Origin: Candidatus Latescibacterota bacterium
Lineage (GTDB): Bacteria > Latescibacterota > UBA2968 > UBA8231
NCBI GenBank assembly: GCA_965200315.1
Contig: OZ241362.1
Location: forward strand, 4,896,001 to 4,960,000
Length of the DNA stretch: 64,000 nt
Direction: 5' to 3'
The position numbers were made by a program, and so were the translations under genes. How positions within the stretch are numbered: position 1 is the stretch's first letter; each line of letters opens with the position of its first letter. This document shows positions 57,956 through 64,000 of this stretch, one piece after another. The notes beneath the pieces are model-generated. The model made no database searches and was not told where the DNA came from. It saw only the letters and a program-made list of their open reading frames with translations.

Positions 57956-59176
57956 CTAGGCCCTGAATGGCACCAGCCAATCCTCCTCAATCCCCAAGTC
58001 AAAGCCCGGTCCGCACGGCGCAAATTCCAAGTAGCTTTCTTTAGGCACCAGTGCCCCGGACTCGGCTACTTCCTCCAGCGGAATCCCCGGGGCCGAGCCA
58101 ATGTAGTACTCGCCCCAAGGCGTGTTGGGCATGGCCCAAGTCAAGTGCTGGCCGTAAGGATCGCGCCCGCCGCCGTGGAGGCAGACTTCGAGGCCGGCGG
58201 CCTCGGCCATGTGGCAGATTTTGATACAGGCGGTCAGCCCGCCGACCCAGTGGATATCGGGTTGCAGCACATCGAGGGCGCGGTGCTCGATCATTTGTTG
58301 ATAGGGGTAGTGCGTGTAGAAGTGCTCGCCGCTGGCCAGCGTTTGCCAAGGCAGGCATTCTTTGAGTTTGATGTGGCTTTTGACGTCTTCGGGGATCAGG
58401 CACTCCTCCAGCCAGCGCAACTTGTAGGGTCTGAGGCGCTCGGCTAGGCGGACGCTGTATTCGACGTCAAAGGCCATGTAGCAGTCGAGCATGAGTTCGC
58501 AGTCATCGCCGATTAATGCGCGGACTTCGGCAATCCGCCGCTCGTTTTGGTCTAGGCCCCACAGGCCGTCGACCGGGCCGTATTGGCAGGGGAGTTTGAA
58601 GGCTCTGAAGCCCAGCTCGCGGTACCAATCGACGTCGTCGCCGGTGGCGTAGGTGAAGATGCGCTCGCGGGCCGGGCCGCCGATGAGCTGGTACACGGGC
58701 TTTTGTTGCAGCTTGCCGGCCAAGTCCCACAGCGCGAGGTCCACGGCGCTGATGGCGACGGTGGCGATGCCGACCGTGCCGAAAGGTTTGGAGACGCGGA
58801 ACATCATATCCCACAACTTGTCGATGGCCAAGCAGTCTTCGCCTATGAGGATATGGGCGAAAGCGTCTTCGACGACCGCAGCGGCGGGCCGACCAGCCGC
58901 CGTGCCCAGCCCCCAAGTGCCGTCTTCGGCTGTGACTTTGACCGCGAAGCCGGGCCATTGCCGGGCACCGTAGAGTTGACGCCGGGGCTTGAAACGCGGA
59001 AAGCGCGACATTGGGTTGGCCACTTCGATTTCGGTGGGCCAAGCCTTGCGGTGGGGTTGGCTCTGCTGAGCCGGGGCCGTCGAGGCGGAGAGCGTCGAGC
59101 CGGCTTGGGAACGGGCGCGGAGCGAAGGCCCGTCGGGGCGTTCGACGCGGACTAGGTCGATGGATTTGATTTTCAT
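57956..59176 (-). CDS. enolase-superfamily acid-sugar dehydratase (L-rhamnonate dehydratase-like)
   Basis: VANPMSRFP, AISAVDLALWDL.GK, LMLDCYM, WLEE, ASGEH, LQPDIHWVGGLT. Confidence 0.88.
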   Translation of the reverse strand: MKIKSIDLVRVERPDGPSLRARSQAGSTLSASTAPAQQSQPHRKAWPTEIEVANPMSRFPRFKPRRQLYGARQWPGFAVKVTAEDGTWGLGTAAGRPAAAVVEDAFAHILIGEDCLAIDKLWDMMFRVSKPFGTVGIATVAISAVDLALWDLAGKLQQKPVYQLIGGPARERIFTYATGDDVDWYRELGFRAFKLPCQYGPVDGLWGLDQNERRIAEVRALIGDDCELMLDCYMAFDVEYSVRLAERLRPYKLRWLEECLIPEDVKSHIKLKECLPWQTLASGEHFYTHYPYQQMIEHRALDVLQPDIHWVGGLTACIKICHMAEAAGLEVCLHGGGRDPYGQHLTWAMPNTPWGEYYIGSAPGIPLEEVAESGALVPKESYLEFAPCGPGFDLGIEEDWLVPFRA

Positions 59177-59340
59177 TGCTTTAGACGCCTTAGAGTTAAA
59201 TTTCCGTGAATGTATCTTATATCTAATGAATCCATAAAAACCAGCGGTGCTATTCGCTGGAGGCAATCAGCCACAGTCAATCTCGATCAGCAAGCGGCAA
59301 TGGTCGCTTGATCCCTCGTTGCATAAATTCCTTTGTCGAA

Positions 59341-59457
59341 ATGACTTGGAATGCTGAATATACGAACGAATTTGGCGAATGGTGGGATGGATTTTCAGAG
59401 AGCGGACAGGACGACATTACCGCCTCTAGTTCTTGTCTTGCTTTTTCGCTTCCCTAA
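59341..59457 (+). pseudogene. RelE/HigB (Gp49-like) toxin N-terminal remnant
   Basis: MTWNAEYTNEFGEWWDGFSESGQDDITAS resembles the W.VEYTDEF..WW..L start of this family; then stops. Confidence 0.6.
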
Positions 59458-59641
59458 TCATTGACCGCAAGAATTTTTCGACATTCTCGGTCTGTTCAAA
59501 TTGCTCAATAGGAACAGAAAGAGTTTTTCCATCCACTTGAACGCTGATGTCGCTATACGTCATCCTAAACTCTCTCGTACCTGCTCGAAACTGCCAATTT
59601 CCAAGCTCCTCACTGAATACTTCATCAATAGTAAGAGCTAT
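59426..59641 (-). CDS. 71-aa hypothetical protein with an ATA start
   Basis: GAGGAG-N6-ATA then an open frame (I/M)ALTIDEVFSEELGNWQFRAG...KKQDKN*. Confidence 0.5.
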   Translation of the reverse strand: MALTIDEVFSEELGNWQFRAGTREFRMTYSDISVQVDGKTLSVPIEQFEQTENVEKFLRSMIREAKKQDKN

Positions 59642-59658
59642 ACTGTGCTCCTCTTTTC

Positions 59659-60696
59659 TTATCCGTTACCGCCCCACGCGAGGGCCTCGGCTTCGGCTGC
59701 CGACAGGGTGAGATTGGCTTCTTCGGCGGCTGGTTCTTTCCACTCAGCTAACAGATCGGCCAACTCGGCGAGAGAAGCGGTTGTCAGTAGGCGGCGGCGC
59801 AGTTCGGAGGCGCGGGGCAGGCTTTTGAAGTAGAGGGCGAGGTGCTTGCGCGTCTCGCGGACGCCGGTGCGCTCGCCTTTGTACGCGGCCATCAGGCGCA
59901 GTTGCTCCAGTGCTAAGTCGATGCGCTCGGCAAGGGTCGCGCCGCTGCGGCCGGAAAAAAGCCAGGGATTCGCCAGCGCTGCCCGCCCGACCATGACTGC
60001 GGCGCAGCCTGTTTCCCGCTGCATGAGACGGGCGTCGTCGAGGGTGAGTACGTCGCCGTTGCCGATGATGGGCAGCGAAGACGCTTCGACGGCGCGGCCG
60101 ATCCAGTGCCAGTTGGCGCGGCCCTTGTACTTTTGCACGACGGTGCGGGCGTGGATGGCCACGGCTTGGGCACCGGCGTCCTCGCAGCGGCTCACTACTT
60201 CGAGGATATTGATCTCCTCTTCGTCCCAGCCGAGGCGCGTCTTGACAATGACCGGAACCGAGACGGCCTTGACCGTGCGCTCGACGGCTTGATAGAGCCG
60301 ATCGAGATCGCGCAAATAGGCCGCGCCGCAGCCTTTGGCGACGATCTTGGGTACGGAACAGCCGAAGTTGATGTCCACCACCTGCGCGCCGCGCCGCTCG
60401 AATTCTCGCGCTCCATTGGCTATCAAGTCGATGTCGTTGCCGTAGATTTGCGCGGCCAGCAGCGAGATGCCGGTGTCGGCGTAGATTTGCGCGTCGGAAA
60501 AATCGAGCATCTGCAAGCTCTTGCGCGAGCGGATGCCGATGGCGCGGCAGTTGATAAATTCGACCCCGACCAGCCGCGCCCCGAGGCGTGCGCAGATAAG
60601 GCGAAAGACCCAGTTGCTCACCCCGGCCATCGGCGCTAGGGTGAGGATGGGCATGTTTTCCCGGAGGGGGTTGAGCTGGTGAGGCCCGAGTTGCAC
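59659..60696 (-). CDS. dusB: tRNA-dihydrouridine synthase
   Basis: LAPMAGVS, DINFGC.VPK, VKTRLGW, IHART, IGNGDV, VMVGR...NPW. Confidence 0.93.
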   Translation of the reverse strand: MQLGPHQLNPLRENMPILTLAPMAGVSNWVFRLICARLGARLVGVEFINCRAIGIRSRKSLQMLDFSDAQIYADTGISLLAAQIYGNDIDLIANGAREFERRGAQVVDINFGCSVPKIVAKGCGAAYLRDLDRLYQAVERTVKAVSVPVIVKTRLGWDEEEINILEVVSRCEDAGAQAVAIHARTVVQKYKGRANWHWIGRAVEASSLPIIGNGDVLTLDDARLMQRETGCAAVMVGRAALANPWLFSGRSGATLAERIDLALEQLRLMAAYKGERTGVRETRKHLALYFKSLPRASELRRRLLTTASLAELADLLAEWKEPAAEEANLTLSAAEAEALAWGGNG

Positions 60697-60700
60697 GCGC

Positions 60701-61024
60701 TTACAGAGGGTTTTCCATTTGCAGCCGGGCGGCGATGGCCTTTTCCCGTTCGGCCTCGGCGATCATGCCTTTGCGCTGGTAGAACATGGACAGGCTGGTG
60801 TGGACGAGGAAGTCGTCGGGGTCGTGCTCGGCGGCCTTCTGCGCCGCGCTAAGGGCTTGGTCGAGGTCGCCCAACTTCTCGTGGCAATGCGCCATAGCTT
60901 GGTAGGCATCGGCAAATTGCGGGTCGAGGGCGATGGCTTGGGCTAGGTCGTCCAAAGCACCGGCAAAGTCTTGTTGGACGAATTTGTTCATGCCACTCTT
61001 GTAGAGGGCCATTTTGTCGGTCAT
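60701..61024 (-). CDS. TPR protein
   Basis: AIALDPQFADAY..MAHC..KLG..DQAL, HTSLSMFYQRKGMI.EAE. Confidence 0.85.
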   Translation of the reverse strand: MTDKMALYKSGMNKFVQQDFAGALDDLAQAIALDPQFADAYQAMAHCHEKLGDLDQALSAAQKAAEHDPDDFLVHTSLSMFYQRKGMIAEAEREKAIAARLQMENPL

Positions 61025-61085
61025 GGTATGGGTCCGCTTGGGGTGAATTGTTGATATAGCAATTCTACATCACTTACAAGATGAG

Positions 61086-61112
61086 CCACAGATGGACGCA
61101 GATAGACGCAGA
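61086..61112 (+). repeat. short 10-nt tandem repeat
   Basis: CCA CAGATGGACG CAGATAGACG CAGA in the divergent intergenic region. Confidence 0.5.
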
Positions 61113-61252
61113 ATAGGATGCACCAGACGATCCACCGCTCGAATCGTTCAAATCATGCCGAATGGCTATATTGCACATTCAAAAAGTAGCGCAAAGTGAT
61201 ATATTGATGCAATGGCGTCAGACTTGGGAGATGAGCGAACAAAGGAGGAGCC

Positions 61253-62347
61253 ATGTTACACCGGGCTATGTTCGGCGCGGCCTTGCTGGCTTCTGTCGCC
61301 GAGGGACAACCGCGCTTCGACATCGACTACGTAGAGAGCATCGAGCCGCGAAGTTATGTGGCGTATCGCACGGCTGGGGCTATCGACATTGACGGCAATC
61401 TCGACGAGCCGTCTTGGCAACGGGCGGATTGGACCGAGCCTTTTGTAGATATCGAGGGCGAGCGCAAACCCGTGCCGCGCCTGCAGACGCGGGCCAAGAT
61501 GCTGTGGGACGACGAGTATCTATACATCGCCGCTGATTTGGAGGAGCCGCACGTTTGGGCCACCATTGACCTGCGCGACGCGACGATCTACCAAGAAAAC
61601 GATTTTGAAGTTTTTATCGACCCGGACGGCGATACTCATCAGTACTACGAGTTTGAGATCAATGCCCTCGGCACGGAGTGGGATTTGTTGATGATCAAGC
61701 CCTACCGCGACGGCGGCCCCTACATCAGTGCTTGGGACATCGCCGACCTGCAAACGGCTGTGCGGGTGTGGGGTAGCATTAATGACCCCACTGACGAGGA
61801 CCAGGGCTGGTCGGTGGAGATGGCCTTCCCGTGGGCCGTACTGGCCGAAGCTACATCCCAGAAGGTGCCGCCTCTAGATGGCGATCAATGGCGGATCAAT
61901 TTTTCGCGCGTGCAATGGGCCTTGGCCACCGACGTGGGCAAGTACGTCAAAGTAGCGGACCATAGCCCAGACAACTGGGTTTGGTCGCCGCAAGGGTTGG
62001 TTAATATGCACTACCCGGAAAAGTGGGGGTTCGTGCAGTTTGCCACCGAGGTAGTAGGGCGGCAAGAGGTGTCCTTTCGTCCGGCCGCCGCCGAGGAGGC
62101 CAAGCGCGTTTTGCGCGGAATCTACTATCGCCAACAGAGGTTTCGCCGCGAGCGCAGCTACTATGCGCCTAGCTTGGACTCGCTCGGCATGGAAGCGCGG
62201 GTTTTGCAGTACTTCCGCTGGCCGCCGGTCATCCAAGTGACGGACCACCAGTTTGAGGCGCAGCTAGAGGAAGCGGTTGATTTGGACGAGGATGGCCAGA
62301 TCAACCGCTGGTTCATCCGCGCGGACTCGCGCACTTGGCGCGATTAG
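61253..62347 (+). CDS. secreted CBM9-like (DOMON-type) protein
   Basis: IDIDGNLDEPSW, MLWDDEYLYI, DFEVFIDPDGD...YYEFEINALGT, WRINFSRV; AGGAGG RBS. Confidence 0.85.
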   Translation: MLHRAMFGAALLASVAEGQPRFDIDYVESIEPRSYVAYRTAGAIDIDGNLDEPSWQRADWTEPFVDIEGERKPVPRLQTRAKMLWDDEYLYIAADLEEPHVWATIDLRDATIYQENDFEVFIDPDGDTHQYYEFEINALGTEWDLLMIKPYRDGGPYISAWDIADLQTAVRVWGSINDPTDEDQGWSVEMAFPWAVLAEATSQKVPPLDGDQWRINFSRVQWALATDVGKYVKVADHSPDNWVWSPQGLVNMHYPEKWGFVQFATEVVGRQEVSFRPAAAEEAKRVLRGIYYRQQRFRRERSYYAPSLDSLGMEARVLQYFRWPPVIQVTDHQFEAQLEEAVDLDEDGQINRWFIRADSRTWRD

Positions 62348-62352
62348 GGCCG

Positions 62353-62381
62353 TTGCCCCGCCCGCGAAATCGCCCTATAAT
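62353..62381 (+). promoter_or_regulatory. sigma70 promoter of sodN
   Basis: TTGCCC-N17-TATAAT upstream of AAGGAGG and GTG 62424. Confidence 0.7.
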
Positions 62382-62423
62382 GCCTTGCCCATATCCAAGA
62401 ACCATTTTGTCAAGGAGGCCCTT

Positions 62424-62882
62424 GTGAAGAACGGAAAATTAACGCTCTTGATCGCCTGTTGTCTTTTGGCCCCAGCCGCGCCGCTGTGGGCGCACTGCGA
62501 GATTCCCTGCGGCATTTATGGGGACGAGGTGCGTTTTGCCGCGATTGCGGAAGACCTGACGACCATTGAGAAGGCCATGAAGCAGATCGCGGCGCTGGCC
62601 GGCCAAAGCGATGCCCAAAGCGCGAATCAGCTAGCGCGATGGGTGGCGAACAAGGAAGAACACGCCAACAGAATCCAGCACGTCGTCACTCAGTATTTTA
62701 TGACGCAGCGGCTCAAGGCGGTGGAAGAAGGAGACGAGGGAAGGGCCGCATATACCGAGAAGCTGGTGCTTTTGCACAAGATGCTGCGGGGGGCCATGAA
62801 GTGCAAGCAGACGGTGGATGTGGAGGAGGTGGAGAAGATGCGAACCTTGTTACACGAGTTTAAGCACGCCTACCAAAACTGA
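62424..62882 (+). CDS. sodN: nickel superoxide dismutase with signal peptide
   Basis: Ni-hook HCEIPCGIY after a signal-like leader; NQLARWV.NKE.HA, YFMTQR, MKCKQTVD. Confidence 0.93.
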   Translation: MKNGKLTLLIACCLLAPAAPLWAHCEIPCGIYGDEVRFAAIAEDLTTIEKAMKQIAALAGQSDAQSANQLARWVANKEEHANRIQHVVTQYFMTQRLKAVEEGDEGRAAYTEKLVLLHKMLRGAMKCKQTVDVEEVEKMRTLLHEFKHAYQN

Positions 62883-62907
62883 CGGCCTGCGCAAGCCTCA
62901 TTGGTAG

Positions 62908-62944
62908 AAGCCCCGTCTCCCTTTGTGGAGATGGGGCTTTTTTT
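62908..62944 (+). terminator. rho-independent terminator after sodN
   Basis: AAGCCCCGTCTCC-loop-GGAGATGGGGCTT followed by a T run. Confidence 0.85.
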
Positions 62945-64000
62945 AGCGGAGGAGGATGAGCTTGGCGTATCGCAGGGAGCTATGTTCGATGCGGAAACGG
63001 GCGAAGTACAGACCAGTCGCCGCCCCATGACCGCGTTCGTCGCGGCCATCCCATTGCATCTGATGTATGCCAGCGTGGAGCGGCGCGTTCACCAGCGTGC
63101 GCACAAGCTGGCCTTGGACGTTGTAGATAGCTACGTGAACGGAGGCGGCCTGCTGGAGGTGGAAGCCGAGATGGGCGGTGGTGTTGAAGGGATTGGGCCA
63201 CACTTGAAGCGAGGGGGGCGAGATTTTAGCCGCTGATGCAAAGGGCGCGTCTGGGGCGCGTCCGGGTGAGAAGGCGGCTTGGGTCGGCGAGGCGGTTTGG
63301 TGTGGGACCAAGGCTCCATCGTCTGGTGGCGTACGGACGAGGGATTGGTCGTCGGGCCACGTGGAGTGAGAAAGGAATGCGACCTCATCGCCGCGCTCGC
63401 TGATCAGGTGGATAGACTCGCCGCTGTCGGTCAATCCATCGCCGATAGTTCCGTCGTCCGTATAGACGGGGACGGAAAAATCGGACGGATTGCCACCGCC
63501 GAAGAGGACGACATACGAGCGCGGCTTAATGACGGCCCCGGGCGGGAAGTGGAAGTAATTACTTAGGGAGCTTGCGTCGCCCAACCGCCAGCCAGCTAGA
63601 GAAACGGGCACGGGACCGTCGTTGTACAGTTCGATAAACTCGTCTTCATGCGGATCGCGCCGGCCGTCTCGATTGGCATCGCCAACTCGTCTCTCCGGCG
63701 GATCGGCGAGCACTTCGCTGATGGACAGAGGATAGATTAAAATGGGCCGCGTTTCTGGAGCATGTCCGGCTGAGAAGGGTGCCTCGATTGGCGAGGCGAT
63801 TTTGTGCGGGACCAACGCGCCGCTGTCGGGTGGGGTGCGGACGAGGGACTGGGCGTTGGGCCACGTGGAGTGGAAAAGAGACGCGGCCTCATGGCCATGA
63901 TCGTTGATCAGGTGGATGGCCTCGCCGCTGTCGGCTAGGCCATCGCCGATGGTTCCGTCGTCGGTATAGACGGGGATGGTAAACCCTAAAGGCTTGCCGC
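62943..64000 (-). CDS. lamin-tail-domain repeat protein with FlgD/T9SS type A-like CTD, 5' end outside the window
   Basis: ISEVLADPP..GDANRDG..D...DEFIELYN...SLAGWRLGD; the frame stays open to 64000 with a second repeat copy; C-terminal WPNPFN...IYNVQGQLV...WDGRD...ATGLY. Confidence 0.85.
   Translation of the reverse strand, partial: GKPLGFTIPVYTDDGTIGDGLADSGEAIHLINDHGHEAASLFHSTWPNAQSLVRTPPDSGALVPHKIASPIEAPFSAGHAPETRPILIYPLSISEVLADPPERRVGDANRDGRRDPHEDEFIELYNDGPVPVSLAGWRLGDASSLSNYFHFPPGAVIKPRSYVVLFGGGNPSDFSVPVYTDDGTIGDGLTDSGESIHLISERGDEVAFLSHSTWPDDQSLVRTPPDDGALVPHQTASPTQAAFSPGRAPDAPFASAAKISPPSLQVWPNPFNTTAHLGFHLQQAASVHVAIYNVQGQLVRTLVNAPLHAGIHQMQWDGRDERGHGAATGLYFARFRIEHSSLRYAKLILLR

Overview
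GC-rich bacterial chromosome segment. The gene content (many secreted proteins with FlgD-Ig/T9SS-like C-terminal domains, many PhyH and Gfo/Idh/MocA enzymes, signal-peptide Ni-SOD) suggests an FCB-group organism such as Ca. Latescibacterota; this is an inference. Housekeeping genes (rsmB-PASTA-rpe-ffh-rpsP-rimM-trmD-rplS, recJ, apgM, dusB) are mixed with catabolic genes and with many decayed toxin-antitoxin/defence fragments and internally deleted genes. The standout feature is a 13.3-kb tandem array (44613-57884) of three A-B pairs of large secreted paralogous proteins. They have conserved frameworks, discrete hypervariable loops and a shared TPNGDG(I)ND...AY C-terminal domain, and they sit inside a sugar-acid catabolic run. 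Other points: a duplicated promoter plus a 22-codon uORF derived from an oxidoreductase 5' end and coupled to a transporter, an in-frame amber codon in an amidohydrolase, an apparent excess of CTAG, twin palindromes upstream of a collapsed Fic/HsdR-Schlafen locus, and an uncalled ATA-start ORF. No rRNA, tRNA, CRISPR array or intact transposase was recognised. All family assignments come from motif recognition by eye, not from database searches.
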